DNA from: Ignavibacteriota bacterium
GTDB lineage: Bacteria; Bacteroidota; Ignavibacteria; UBA10030
Direction of reading: 5' to 3'
DNA: 64,000 nucleotides
Assembly (NCBI GenBank): GCA_003142475.1
Contig: PLMK01000013.1
Coordinates: 33,130-97,129, forward strand
Positions 46,230-56,667 of the stretch are shown one piece after another (position 1 is the first letter of the stretch; every line of letters begins with the position of its first letter). Below the pieces are notes generated by a model, which ran no database searches, was not told the origin of the DNA, and saw only the letters and a list, made by a program, of their open reading frames with translations. Made by a program: the position numbers and the translations under genes.

Positions 46230-47138
46230 ATGAACATTCTCGTATCCGATGGAATCACGCCAGACGGCGCAAAAATTCTCACCGATGCCGGTCACAAGGT
46301 AGATAAACTCAAATTGACACCTGAAGAGCTATTGAATAAGATTGGCGATTATGATTGTATTATTGTTAGATCTGCAACAAAAGTAACAAAGGAAGTGATA
46401 GAAGCCGGAAAAAAACTTAAGGTAATTGGACGCGGTGGTGTCGGACTCGACAATATAGATGTACCTTTCGCACAAAGCAAAGGAATAAAAGTTTTAAATA
46501 CGCCTGCTGCAGCATCAGTATCCGTTGCTGAGCTCGCGCTAGCACATATGCTTGCTGTATCGCGTTTTTTGTATGTAAGTTCGATGGAAATGCGGCAGGG
46601 CAAATGGCCGAAGAAAGAATACGGAGAAGGTATCGAACTTTTCAAAAAGAATCTTGGCATACTTGGATTTGGAAATATCGGAAAAGAAGTTGGACGCCGT
46701 GGAAATGCATTCGGAATGCATGTTATGGCATACGACCCAATTGTTAATTCCGCCGATTTCCCGGTTGAGATGACAACAAAGGAAAAAATTCTTGCCAATG
46801 CCGACTTTATTACGCTGCACCTTCCGTTAAACAAAAAAGAAGGTCCGGTCATAGGGAAAAAAGAATTTGAGATGATGAAAAATGGAGTTGTGATTATCAA
46901 TTGCGCACGTGGCGGTGTTGTAGATGAAGCAGCATTACTCGAAGCGTTGAATTCAGGCAAAGTTGCGGGAGCCGGAATAGATGTATTTGCAAATGAACCG
47001 CCAACCGATGCGCAGAAAGCTCTTATCAATCATCCACGCGTAAGTGTGACACCGCATATTGGCGCCTCTACAGTTGAAGGACAGGAACGGGTCGGTGCGG
47101 AAATTGCGAATAGAATAGTGAAAGCGTTTAACGCATAA
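46230..47138 (+). CDS. serA: D-3-phosphoglycerate dehydrogenase (short form, no ACT domain)
   Basis: The NAD-binding motif is 'GILGFGNIGKEVGRR'. Catalytic regions 'INCARGGVVDE' and 'TPHIGAST' are present. 302 aa. Confidence 0.9.
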   Translation: MNILVSDGITPDGAKILTDAGHKVDKLKLTPEELLNKIGDYDCIIVRSATKVTKEVIEAGKKLKVIGRGGVGLDNIDVPFAQSKGIKVLNTPAAASVSVAELALAHMLAVSRFLYVSSMEMRQGKWPKKEYGEGIELFKKNLGILGFGNIGKEVGRRGNAFGMHVMAYDPIVNSADFPVEMTTKEKILANADFITLHLPLNKKEGPVIGKKEFEMMKNGVVIINCARGGVVDEAALLEALNSGKVAGAGIDVFANEPPTDAQKALINHPRVSVTPHIGASTVEGQERVGAEIANRIVKAFNA

Positions 47139-47166
47139 TAGAAACAGAATTATTTTTTAGAAAAGC

Positions 47167-48408
47167 ATGTCAACAATCCGATCGTTTAAAGCATTTCGGC
47201 CGAAATCTGAATTCGCGGGCGAAGTAGCAGCAAGACCGTACGATGTGCTCAACTCCGACGAAGCACGTGAAGAGGTAAAGGGACATCCCCTCTCTTTTTT
47301 GCATGTTGGTAAACCGGAGGTTGATCTCGATCCAAGCATCGACCTGCACGACAAGCGTGTGTACGAAAAAGGAAAAGAAAATCTTCAAAAACTCATTTCC
47401 CAAAAAGTACTGATTGAAGATTCTGCACCGTACCTGTATGTGTATGCACAGACAATGGGCAAACATACGCAGTACGGTCTTGTTGGTTGTGCGTCTGTGG
47501 ATGAATATTGGAACAACACTATCAAGAAGCACGAGTTGACGCGAAAAGATAAGGAAGAAGACCGCTGCGAGCACGTTCGCATTACGAATTCCCATTCCGG
47601 CCCGATATTTCTTACGTACCGCGATAACATCGAAATCAACAATATCGTTGCCAGCGTAACAAGTCAATCGCCGGAGAATGATCTCGTAGCGCTTGATGGT
47701 ATACGGCATCAAAGCTGGATAATAAAAGATAAAGAAGTAATAAAGAAAATTCCTTCTATCTTCAAAACAATTCCAAACCTCTATATTGCAGATGGACATC
47801 ATCGTTCGGCAGCGGCGGCAAGAGTCGGCAAAGAACGCGCAAAGGCGAATCCGAATCATCACGGCGATGAAGAATACAATTTCTACCTGGCAGTTTATTT
47901 TCCCGCGAGTCAGCTCCATATTATGGATTACAATCGATTGGTTAAAGATTTATGCGGGATGACCAAAGAGGAATTTTTTGTAAAGTTAAAAACAAATTTC
48001 GATATCGTTGAAGCGTCTGCACAAGTAAAGCCGGCGAAGAAAGATGACTTCGGAATGTATCTCGAGGGTAAATGGTACACTCTCTCCGCCGGCATAGCAT
48101 TACAAAACATTACTGATCCGGTTCTACGGCTTGATGTTTCAATTCTTCAGAACTATGTACTTGATCCGATTCTCGGCATCAAAGATCCGCGCATTGATAA
48201 ACGAGTCGATTTTGTCGGTGGTATCCGCGGCTTAGATGAATTGGAGCGGCGCGTTAATTCTGGCGAAATGAAAGTTGCCTTCAGTATGTTTCCAACTTCC
48301 GTGGCTGAATTAATGGCAATTGCCGACGATGACAAGCTCATGCCACCTAAGTCAACATGGTTTGAACCGAAACTCCGCGATGGATTATTTGTGCACTTCT
48401 TAGATTAA
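47167..48408 (+). CDS. DUF1015 family protein
   Basis: 413 aa. 'FKAFRP...VAARPYDV' at the N-terminus and 'YIADGHHRSAAA' are hallmarks I associate with DUF1015. It starts 28 nt after serA. Confidence 0.8.
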   Translation: MSTIRSFKAFRPKSEFAGEVAARPYDVLNSDEAREEVKGHPLSFLHVGKPEVDLDPSIDLHDKRVYEKGKENLQKLISQKVLIEDSAPYLYVYAQTMGKHTQYGLVGCASVDEYWNNTIKKHELTRKDKEEDRCEHVRITNSHSGPIFLTYRDNIEINNIVASVTSQSPENDLVALDGIRHQSWIIKDKEVIKKIPSIFKTIPNLYIADGHHRSAAAARVGKERAKANPNHHGDEEYNFYLAVYFPASQLHIMDYNRLVKDLCGMTKEEFFVKLKTNFDIVEASAQVKPAKKDDFGMYLEGKWYTLSAGIALQNITDPVLRLDVSILQNYVLDPILGIKDPRIDKRVDFVGGIRGLDELERRVNSGEMKVAFSMFPTSVAELMAIADDDKLMPPKSTWFEPKLRDGLFVHFLD

Positions 48409-48411
48409 GCG

Positions 48412-48440
48412 AATTGCTTATAGACGCTGCAATTTTTTTC
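48412..48440 (+). terminator. weak terminator candidate after the DUF1015 gene
   Basis: A 6-bp stem pairs AATTGC (48412-48417) with GCAATT (48429-48434). It is followed by TTTTTT. Confidence 0.3.
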
Positions 48441-48567
48441 TTGTCCTTTGTGACATGTTGTGAATCTACTTTCGGTTTGTTTTATCTAGCTTCATATCTA
48501 CAAAATTGCACCTCAGATGAGATCTTAGTATCTTTTTATCAACCATAACAATAAGAAATATCTGCTG

Positions 48568-49149
48568 ATGAAACTGCCCAAAGAACAAATTCTTGAAATC
48601 TTTCGAGACACAAAAGCACTCCTCGAAGGACATTTCCAGCTCACTTCCGGTATGCATAGTCCACAGTATTTTCAATGCGCCCGCGTACTGCAATTTCCGA
48701 AATATCTTCATTTGCTCTGCGGAGAAATCGCACGTCATTTTGGATATAACGAAGTGGAAGTCGTTCTCTCTCCTGCCATAGGGGGAATTGTGGTTGGAAC
48801 AGAAGTCGGCAGAATGTTGGGTGCGCGTACTATCTTTGCCGAACGGAAAGACGGTAAGATGGAACTGCGCCGCGGATTTGAAATTCTACCCGGCGAACGC
48901 GTACTCGTAGTGGAAGATGTCGTGACCACCGGCGGTTCCACAAAAGAAGTTATTGATTTAGTGAAGATTGCAAAAGGCAGTCTCGTTGGTACCGGCTGTA
49001 TTGTTGATCGTAGCAACGGCAAAGTACAATTTGATACAAAGCAATTTGCAGTTTTACAGATGGAAGTCGTCGCCCATCAGCCAGCAGATTGTCCCATGTG
49101 CAAATCTGGCAGCGAAGCTATAAAGCCCGGAAGTAGAGGAAATTATTAA
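48568..49149 (+). CDS. pyrE: orotate phosphoribosyltransferase
   Basis: The PRPP-binding motif is '[14 protein letters not shown]'. 193 aa. Confidence 0.9.
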   Translation: MKLPKEQILEIFRDTKALLEGHFQLTSGMHSPQYFQCARVLQFPKYLHLLCGEIARHFGYNEVEVVLSPAIGGIVVGTEVGRMLGARTIFAERKDGKMELRRGFEILPGERVLVVEDVVTTGGSTKEVIDLVKIAKGSLVGTGCIVDRSNGKVQFDTKQFAVLQMEVVAHQPADCPMCKSGSEAIKPGSRGNY

Positions 49150-49150
49150 A

Positions 49151-50269
49151 ATGGATGGTTTATTCCAGCATGTGCAGCAATTTATTGGCAGCGGATTCAC
49201 ACTTTACATGTGGAATGGTATCGTTGCATTTGCAACCGTGATGATCATTGGTTTTTTTTTCAAATACTTCCTTAATACTGCCGGACGAAAACTTATTGCA
49301 AAAACGGATACAGAATTAGACGATAAACTTTTTGCTGTTATCCTTCCTCGTATTAAATGGCTTGCCATCGTTATCGGCCTCTATCTCGCTGCCGAACAAA
49401 TTTCAAAAGGCATTTCCCATACCGATAGGATTGGTGAAGAACTGATTCTTTATTCCGAAGGCATCATTTACATCGCATTCGTTTCGCTTGTCACCATACT
49501 CGTGATTCGTCTGATCGACACCCTGTTGAAACATGCGATGGAGGTACATGCGAAGAAAACATCGTCGATGATCAATGAAGCGGTTTTCCCGATTTTGAAT
49601 AGATTGGTGATGATTTTCATACTATTTGTAGCAGTAGTAATTTCTCTTGGACATTTTAGCGTTGATGTCAGCAGCTTGCTCGTCTTTCTCGGCGGTGGTT
49701 CGGTGGCTATTGCTCTTGCGGCACAGGAAACTCTTGCAAACATGATCGCAGGTTTCGTTATTATGCTGGATCGGCCATTTCGTATTGGTGACCGAATTAA
49801 ACTTCCTTCCGGCGAAATTGGAGACGTGTTCGAAATTGGTCTCCGCAGTACAAAGATTCTCGACTTCGACAATAATCTCATCATCAGCCCAAACGCCGAA
49901 TTGACTAAAACCAAAGTCATCAATTATTCATATCCAAGAAGCGACATCCGTGTCCTTGTCGAAGTAAGTGTAGCGTACGGTACGTCCATCGAACGAGCAC
50001 GGGAAATCATGTTGAACTTCGCTCATCAAAATTCCGATCTGCTCAAACAACCGGAACCAACTATTTTTTTCAGTACAATGGGCGAAACGTCATGCACACT
50101 TCAGCTCATTGGACGCACCGACGATTGGAAGAAAAAGGGCCGCGCCGAGAATGTTTTACGCGAACAAATATATACTGCTTTCATGAAGGAAGGAATATCA
50201 TCCGGCATTGTGCAGCATGTTGTTCAACTTACATCACCCAACACTCATGTCTCTCCCAAAAACAATTAA
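49151..50269 (+). CDS. mechanosensitive ion channel (MscS family)
   Basis: The N-terminal TM helices are followed by the MscS pore/beta domain 'ETLANMIAGFVIMLDRPFRIGDRIKL'. Confidence 0.85.
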   Translation: MDGLFQHVQQFIGSGFTLYMWNGIVAFATVMIIGFFFKYFLNTAGRKLIAKTDTELDDKLFAVILPRIKWLAIVIGLYLAAEQISKGISHTDRIGEELILYSEGIIYIAFVSLVTILVIRLIDTLLKHAMEVHAKKTSSMINEAVFPILNRLVMIFILFVAVVISLGHFSVDVSSLLVFLGGGSVAIALAAQETLANMIAGFVIMLDRPFRIGDRIKLPSGEIGDVFEIGLRSTKILDFDNNLIISPNAELTKTKVINYSYPRSDIRVLVEVSVAYGTSIERAREIMLNFAHQNSDLLKQPEPTIFFSTMGETSCTLQLIGRTDDWKKKGRAENVLREQIYTAFMKEGISSGIVQHVVQLTSPNTHVSPKNN

Positions 50270-50801
50270 GTCCGAGAGGTTGTATCACGGCCGCATCTTC
50301 GATCTGATTATCGAAGATATTGAAGACACTCCTGGCAACATCCGCAAATGTGAGATTGTGAGCCACCCGGGTGGAAGTGTTGTTGTACCGTTGCTCGACA
50401 ACAACGATGTGATCTTTGTCCGGCAATATCGATATCCACATAAAAAATTTATTTTAGAAATCCCTGCAGGAAAGCTTGAACCCAACGAAGATCCGCTTAT
50501 AGCTGCCCAACGTGAATTACAGGAAGAAACCGGCTACACGGCTAACAATTATGAAAAACTTACGACAATGTTTACTACTCCAGGATTCTGCAGCGAAGTG
50601 CTTCATATATATCTTGCTACCGGATTAAAAAAATCCGCGCAGGGGCAAAATTTAGATGAAGGCGAACAAAGTCTTACAGTTGAATATCTTCCACTTTCCA
50701 CGGTTGTAGAAATGATCGTGTGCGGCGAAATTGGTGACAGCAAAACCATCGTCGGAATTCTGCTGACTGAACGAAAACTTAAATCAATAATTAATGTGTA
50801 A
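50247..50801 (+). CDS. NUDIX hydrolase (ADP-ribose pyrophosphatase-like)
   Basis: The Nudix box is 'GKLEPNEDPLIAAQRELQEETGY'. The start is ATG 50247. It overlaps the end of the MscS gene by 23 nt. Confidence 0.85.
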   Translation: MSLPKTIKSERLYHGRIFDLIIEDIEDTPGNIRKCEIVSHPGGSVVVPLLDNNDVIFVRQYRYPHKKFILEIPAGKLEPNEDPLIAAQRELQEETGYTANNYEKLTTMFTTPGFCSEVLHIYLATGLKKSAQGQNLDEGEQSLTVEYLPLSTVVEMIVCGEIGDSKTIVGILLTERKLKSIINV

Positions 50802-50855
50802 AGTGATTAATAACTAATGTTCACTTCTCTACTCAATCCTTAATCATTTGTTACT

Positions 50856-52211
50856 ATGAATATCGTTGAATTAATTCGGAAAAAACGCGAGGGTGGTTCA
50901 CTCAACGAAGAAGAATTCCGATTTCTCATCAATGGATACGTCGAAGGGAAAGTGCCGGACTATCAGATGTCCGCATTCCTGATGGCGTGTTATTTCCGCG
51001 GAATGAGCAACGAGGAAACGCTAACCTTTACAAAGCTGATGCTGCACTCCGGCGAAGTGATTGATCTTTCCGAAATTCCCGGCATCAAAGTCGATAAACA
51101 TTCTACGGGTGGTGTAGGCGATAAAGTGTCCCTCATTCTCGCACCGATGGTTGCGGCGTGCGGCATTCCTGTGCCAATGATATCCGGACGCGGTCTCGGT
51201 CATACCGGCGGCACTCTCGATAAATTAGAATCTATTCCAGGTTTTCGGACTGATCTTTCCATTTCTGAATACAAACGAGTCATCCGCGAAATTGGTGTGG
51301 TAATGATCGGGCAAACGAAAGAGATTGCTCCTGCCGATAAAAAGATGTACGCCCTACGTGATGTAACAGCGACCGTCGAATGTATCCCGCTGATTGCCGG
51401 AAGTATAATGAGTAAGAAATTAGCGGAAGGCATTGACGCATTAGTACTTGATGTGAAAACCGGTCGCGGTGCGTTTATGCAAACACGCGAGCGTGCTTTG
51501 GAATTAGCAAAAACACTTGTCAATATCGGCAATGGATTTGGGAAAGAAACCATCGGTTTCATGACAAATATGAACCAACCGCTTGGCGTCGCAATCGGTA
51601 ATTGGTTGGAAGTTGTTGAATCAGTCGAATGCCTGCGCGGTGCCGTCGGAAATAATGACGCTTCAAGCGATTTAATGGAAGTGACGTACGTTCTATCCGG
51701 TGCAATGGTGTATCTCGGCAAGAAAGCGAAGTCGATTGAAGAAGGAATTGAGAAATGCAGAAAGACGATTGAAGATGGGTCTGCATATCGCAAACTGCTC
51801 GATCTTATCCAGGTGCAAGGCGGCAATGTCGATGCGATTGAAAACTTGGAACGATATCCCCTCCCTCAGTTTACTATGGAAGTTAAATCAAGCGAACATG
51901 GATTTATAAGTGAAATAGATCCTTTCGAACTCGGATTGACAAGCATTTCTCTTGGTGCCGGCCGTGAAAAGATCGATGACGTGATTGATATGAAAGCAGG
52001 AATTTTATTGAAGAAAAAAGTTGGTGACGCCGTCGATATTGGTGATTCACTTGCTGTCTTCTACACTGACCGCGAAAATGTTCTTGCCGCTTCGCGCGAA
52101 AGGATTACGAAGGCATTTAAGTTTTCTTCCAGCCAACCGGAACGCACACCAATGATTTTAGATATCGTGGATAAGAACGGCGCGAGGAAATTTAACCTGC
52201 CGAAGATTTAG
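50856..52211 (+). CDS. deoA: pyrimidine-nucleoside (thymidine) phosphorylase
   Basis: 'DKHSTGGVGDKVSL', 'SGRGLGHTGGTLDKLE' are present. 451 aa. Confidence 0.9.
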   Translation: MNIVELIRKKREGGSLNEEEFRFLINGYVEGKVPDYQMSAFLMACYFRGMSNEETLTFTKLMLHSGEVIDLSEIPGIKVDKHSTGGVGDKVSLILAPMVAACGIPVPMISGRGLGHTGGTLDKLESIPGFRTDLSISEYKRVIREIGVVMIGQTKEIAPADKKMYALRDVTATVECIPLIAGSIMSKKLAEGIDALVLDVKTGRGAFMQTRERALELAKTLVNIGNGFGKETIGFMTNMNQPLGVAIGNWLEVVESVECLRGAVGNNDASSDLMEVTYVLSGAMVYLGKKAKSIEEGIEKCRKTIEDGSAYRKLLDLIQVQGGNVDAIENLERYPLPQFTMEVKSSEHGFISEIDPFELGLTSISLGAGREKIDDVIDMKAGILLKKKVGDAVDIGDSLAVFYTDRENVLAASRERITKAFKFSSSQPERTPMILDIVDKNGARKFNLPKI

Positions 52212-52235
52212 ACCCATCCGGAAAAATCTGTCATT

Positions 52236-53015
52236 TTATTTTTTCATTCCCTTCTTCAACACTGCAACCATTTGATCGTGAATCAATCCATTCGTTGCAA
52301 GCATTTCTTCTTTATAAACACTTGATGTAAGACCGCGGAAGTCTGTCCACTTCCCTCCTGCCTCTGTTACAATCAATACTCCTGCAGCCATATCCCAGGG
52401 ACGAATCACTCCCTCCCAGAAACCATCGAAGCGTCCTGCGGCAACATAGCATAAATCAAGCGCAGCCGATCCAAGCCGCCGGATTGCCTGTGATTCCGCA
52501 AGAAAATTTCTAAAGTGAGTAACTGACGGTTCAGGATGATCATTCACATCGTACGCAAATCCGGTGACGAGTAGGCTTTCAATTAACTTCGTTGTTTTCG
52601 TAACCTCTATGCGCTTCTTATTTAACCTTGCACCCTTACCTTTTTCGGCAGTGAACAATTCATCTCGACTGGGATCATAGACTACGCCTAAAAGAATCTC
52701 TCCTTTGTATTCCAAACCGATTGAGACACAATAAATGGGTAAAGCATGTGTGTAGTTCACCGTCCCATCCAAAGGATCAATTATCCACCGATAATCAGAT
52801 TTCACTTCTGCGGCTCCGGATTCCTCACAGAGAAAATCGTGCTGCGGAAAGTGCTGCTTGATTTTGTTGATGATAAGTTGTTCCGACTTCTTATCGATTT
52901 CTGTGACGAGATTGGTTTCCTGTCCGTCTTTACGTTCAATGCGACGAATTTTCCCGACATTCGTTTTTAGAAATTTTCCCGCCTCGAGTGCGGTTTCAAT
53001 TGCAACATTCAGCAT
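52236..53015 (-). CDS. suhB: inositol monophosphatase family protein
   Basis: The IMPase motifs 'WIIDPLDGTVNY' and 'WDMAAG' are present. Confidence 0.9.
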   Translation of the reverse strand: MLNVAIETALEAGKFLKTNVGKIRRIERKDGQETNLVTEIDKKSEQLIINKIKQHFPQHDFLCEESGAAEVKSDYRWIIDPLDGTVNYTHALPIYCVSIGLEYKGEILLGVVYDPSRDELFTAEKGKGARLNKKRIEVTKTTKLIESLLVTGFAYDVNDHPEPSVTHFRNFLAESQAIRRLGSAALDLCYVAAGRFDGFWEGVIRPWDMAAGVLIVTEAGGKWTDFRGLTSSVYKEEMLATNGLIHDQMVAVLKKGMKK

Positions 53016-53127
53016 ATTCTTTTCCTTTTGTTTCTAAGATACGAAATATTTGAGATTCTTACCTTCTTGCTTTTCGCACATCTTCAGATTAAGTTACTAC
53101 AGATTACCTAACAGAAGAGGACATGTA

Positions 53128-55311
53128 TTGACTTTTCTCAATCCCATAGCATTAATAGGACTGCTTACGGCTGGCATTCCCATCTTGTTGCATATTTTCA
53201 ATTTGCGCAAGCTTAAAACGATCGAGTTCAGTACGCTTTCGTTCTTAAAAGAATTACAAAAAACAAAAATCCGCCGACTGAAACTTCGCCAATTGCTCCT
53301 ACTATTTCTTCGAACTTTACTAGTTGTACTTGTTGTATTAGCGTTCTCGCGTCCGACATCAAAAGGATCGCTCCCCGGTGGTCTTGCTGAACAGGCAAAA
53401 ACAACTGCAGTTATTGTATTTGACGATTCGCAAAGCATGACCGCGAACGATGAACAGGGAGAATTGATGCATCAAGCAAAGAATGCTGCCATCGCTATTG
53501 TTAACCTTTTAAAAGACGGTGACGAAGTTTTTCTTATTAAACTTTCTGATGTCCCAGTCGATGGAACATCCGAGATTCCTTCTGCACAACGAAACTTTCC
53601 AGCCATACGAAACACCATCAACGAAATCAAGCCATCATCGATGCATCGTACGATCGAAGATGCGCTTCGCTTTACCGCTCGACTGCTGGCAACGTCGCAG
53701 AACTTTAATAAAGAAGTCTATTTCGTCTCCGATTTCCAATCAGGTTCTCTTGAGTCCAAAGCACACATGGCGAAAACCAGCGAGAGACTATTTGCGCCGA
53801 CGACACAATTCTTTCTCATCCCTCTTGGCAAACGTGAATTGCAAAATGTTTCAATAGAATCGATAGAAATCTTAAACACAATTTTCGAAGTGAATAGATC
53901 TTTTGCCATAAAAGTGAAGCTAACAAATCACGGTTCTTTAAACTTGCAGAATCATGTTGTAAGCGTTTATCAAGATGGAAGTCGCGTGGGACAAAAAAGT
54001 ATTGATATTCGTGCAGGACAATCGGTGGAGACAGAGTTCACACTTGTGCCAAAGCATTCCGGATTCATCGAAGGAAAAATTGAACTGGAAGACGACGATC
54101 TTGAATTTGATAACACGCGCTTTTTTACCGTGCATATTCCGGAAGAACTTCATGTTCTTCTTGTCGGCAACGCATCTGATTTTACCTATCTTCGTATTAC
54201 TCTTGCTACTCGACTCACCGACAGTAGTGCAAACTTAAAAATAAATCAGATTACGTACGACTCTTTTTCATCGTCTCAATTGAACAATATTGATGTCGTT
54301 GTTCTTTCAAATTTGCATGAACTAACACATGACCAATCTTTTGCACTAAAATCGTATCTTCAAAATGGCGGTGGAATGCTTTTCTTCCCTGGCGAACAAA
54401 CAACTAGTAACGCATTTAATACTGCCATCGCTGGACCGCTTGGCATCTCAACGGTCATGACATCTGAAGATAATGTTACAGCACAGGCAACCAATTCATT
54501 TATCGAATTCGACAAAATCGATTTCCGACACTCGCTATTTACAGGAATGTTTGAAAAAACCGAAGAAAAACATTCACAGGAAACGACGCAACGGCAGCGC
54601 GTACTGGAATCGCCGCGTATTACCAAATCATTCCATTATATTCCGACACTGAAATCGCGATCCATCATCACGCTTACAAACGGATTTCCATTTCTAATGG
54701 AAGAACAAGTTGGTGATGGACATATATTATTGTTCAGTGTCGCTGCCAATACTGAATGGTCAGATTTGCCATTGAAAGGATTGTTCGTTCCGCTAATGCA
54801 TCGTTCACTTGCATATCTTGCAAAAGGATCAGTGATGGAGCATTCGTTGTTGGTTGGCGAAGAAACAACTATCCACCTTCGTGCAACCGCTCCGCTAAAA
54901 CTAACAATTATGAAACCGGGCAATTTAGAAATTTATATAAATCCTCAACAGTTTGCAACAGAAAAAAGTATTCGATTCTCCGACGACGACCTGCCAGGAC
55001 TTTACACCGTTGCATCTGGCAATTTAATATTAGACAAGTTCGCAGTTAATGTCGATCCAGATGAATCAAACACAACGCCTTCGGACGAGAAACATCGAGA
55101 GAATATGTTTAGGCGGGTCGGTATTGCAGACAATTCAATACACATAGTGAACCAACTGCAAGAAGTACAGCGCATCATCACAGAATCACGTCTCGGTGCT
55201 GAACTTTGGAAACAATTCCTTATCGCCGCAATAATTATTGCTATCATCGAGATGTTCGTAGCACGAGATAGTAAACGTTATCTTTCTACGGCGACGAAAC
55301 AAATTAAATAG
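53128..55311 (+). CDS. Bat-like membrane protein: N-terminal double-TM domain plus vWA domain
   Basis: 'TFLNPIALIGLLTAGIPILLHIFNLRK' is typical of the N-terminal double-transmembrane domain. The vWA MIDAS motif is 'VIVFDDSQSM'. There is a C-terminal TM helix. I prefer the start TTG 53128 (RBS-like AGAAGAGGA 6 nt upstream) over the ORF-track start TTG 53050. Confidence 0.7.
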   Translation: MTFLNPIALIGLLTAGIPILLHIFNLRKLKTIEFSTLSFLKELQKTKIRRLKLRQLLLLFLRTLLVVLVVLAFSRPTSKGSLPGGLAEQAKTTAVIVFDDSQSMTANDEQGELMHQAKNAAIAIVNLLKDGDEVFLIKLSDVPVDGTSEIPSAQRNFPAIRNTINEIKPSSMHRTIEDALRFTARLLATSQNFNKEVYFVSDFQSGSLESKAHMAKTSERLFAPTTQFFLIPLGKRELQNVSIESIEILNTIFEVNRSFAIKVKLTNHGSLNLQNHVVSVYQDGSRVGQKSIDIRAGQSVETEFTLVPKHSGFIEGKIELEDDDLEFDNTRFFTVHIPEELHVLLVGNASDFTYLRITLATRLTDSSANLKINQITYDSFSSSQLNNIDVVVLSNLHELTHDQSFALKSYLQNGGGMLFFPGEQTTSNAFNTAIAGPLGISTVMTSEDNVTAQATNSFIEFDKIDFRHSLFTGMFEKTEEKHSQETTQRQRVLESPRITKSFHYIPTLKSRSIITLTNGFPFLMEEQVGDGHILLFSVAANTEWSDLPLKGLFVPLMHRSLAYLAKGSVMEHSLLVGEETTIHLRATAPLKLTIMKPGNLEIYINPQQFATEKSIRFSDDDLPGLYTVASGNLILDKFAVNVDPDESNTTPSDEKHRENMFRRVGIADNSIHIVNQLQEVQRIITESRLGAELWKQFLIAAIIIAIIEMFVARDSKRYLSTATKQIK

Positions 55312-55326
55312 TATGAAAGAATCAAT

Positions 55327-56586
55327 ATGATTGAATTAGCGCAAACTGGAAAAGAAAAGTGCATTCTCGTCGGAGTACCAACACGGTTGAATTTAAAAGC
55401 CGAGGTGGACGAGTCACTTACAGAACTCGCACTACTCGCCGACACGGCGGGAGCAGAAGTTGTTGGAAAAATAACACAGGATCGCGATCATCCAGAGCCA
55501 GCAACATATATCGGTAAAGGAAAGGTTGAAGAAATACATCAGCGATTGAAGGATGAAACTATTCCGCTTGTCATTTTTGACGACGACCTCTCACCTGCGC
55601 AGGTACGAAATCTTGAGCGCCTCATGGAATGCAAAGTGCTTGATCGCAGCGGATTGATTCTTGATATTTTTGCATCGCGTGCAAAGTCCAGTGAAGCGAA
55701 GACGCAGGTAGAGCTTGCTCAGCTTGAGTATCTTCTGCCGCGCCTCACGCGTCAATGGACTCACTTATCAAAACAAATCGGCGGCATCGGCACGAAAGGT
55801 CCCGGTGAAACGCAAATCGAAACTGACCGCCGGCTAATCCACACGCGCATTAGTAATCTAAAAGAAAAGCTAGATCGTATATCTAAACAGCGCGTAACGC
55901 AACGCCAAGGGCGCACAAAGCACACTCGCACTGCGCTTGTAGGTTACACCAATGTTGGTAAATCAACGCTTTTGAATCTTCTTGCCGGTTCAGATGTTTT
56001 CGTTGAAAACCGCCTTTTCGCAACACTCGATCCGACAACGCGGCTCGTGCCGCTTAATTCTGCCGTCTCAATTCTCATGACAGACACCGTTGGTTTCATC
56101 CGTAAACTGCCGCATCATCTTGTTGCATCATTTAAAAGTACATTGGAGGAAATCACCGAAGCCGACATTCTTCTCCATGTAGTGGATATTTCTAGTCCAT
56201 ACTTCGAAGATCAAATCAATGTCGTGCAGGAAACATTAGAAGACCTTGGCGCCGGTGATACACCTACGCTGGTTGTCTTCAATAAGACTGACATGCTTCA
56301 AGATCGGAGCATTCTGCCTACATTATCCGAAAAGTACCCAAACTGCGTATTCATCTCTGCAGTCCGGGGAATAAATATTCTCGGATTGAAAGAAGCCGTT
56401 GCACAAATGCTGGAAAAAGAATTTTTGGTTGAAGAAATTGTATTACCAGACTCAAAACAAAAGCTTATCGCACAACTGCATGACGTCGGTGAAGTATTGG
56501 AACGAACTTACGAAGACGGAAAGGTAAGAATGAAGATGCGGATTCACCGCAGAGATAAAGAAAGGTTTTTGCAGATGGTCAAATAG
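55327..56586 (+). CDS. hflX: GTPase HflX
   Basis: It has the HflX N-terminal domain and 'GPGETQIETDRR'. The G1 motif is 'GYTNVGKST', G3 is 'TDTVGF' and G4 is 'NKTD'. Confidence 0.95.
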   Translation: MIELAQTGKEKCILVGVPTRLNLKAEVDESLTELALLADTAGAEVVGKITQDRDHPEPATYIGKGKVEEIHQRLKDETIPLVIFDDDLSPAQVRNLERLMECKVLDRSGLILDIFASRAKSSEAKTQVELAQLEYLLPRLTRQWTHLSKQIGGIGTKGPGETQIETDRRLIHTRISNLKEKLDRISKQRVTQRQGRTKHTRTALVGYTNVGKSTLLNLLAGSDVFVENRLFATLDPTTRLVPLNSAVSILMTDTVGFIRKLPHHLVASFKSTLEEITEADILLHVVDISSPYFEDQINVVQETLEDLGAGDTPTLVVFNKTDMLQDRSILPTLSEKYPNCVFISAVRGINILGLKEAVAQMLEKEFLVEEIVLPDSKQKLIAQLHDVGEVLERTYEDGKVRMKMRIHRRDKERFLQMVK

Positions 56587-56667
56587 TTATTCTGATTTCG
56601 CAGATTTCTCGCTGATTCTAAACAATGGACTGTCTACAAGTCATCAAGTAAGGGTAATATATAGTCC

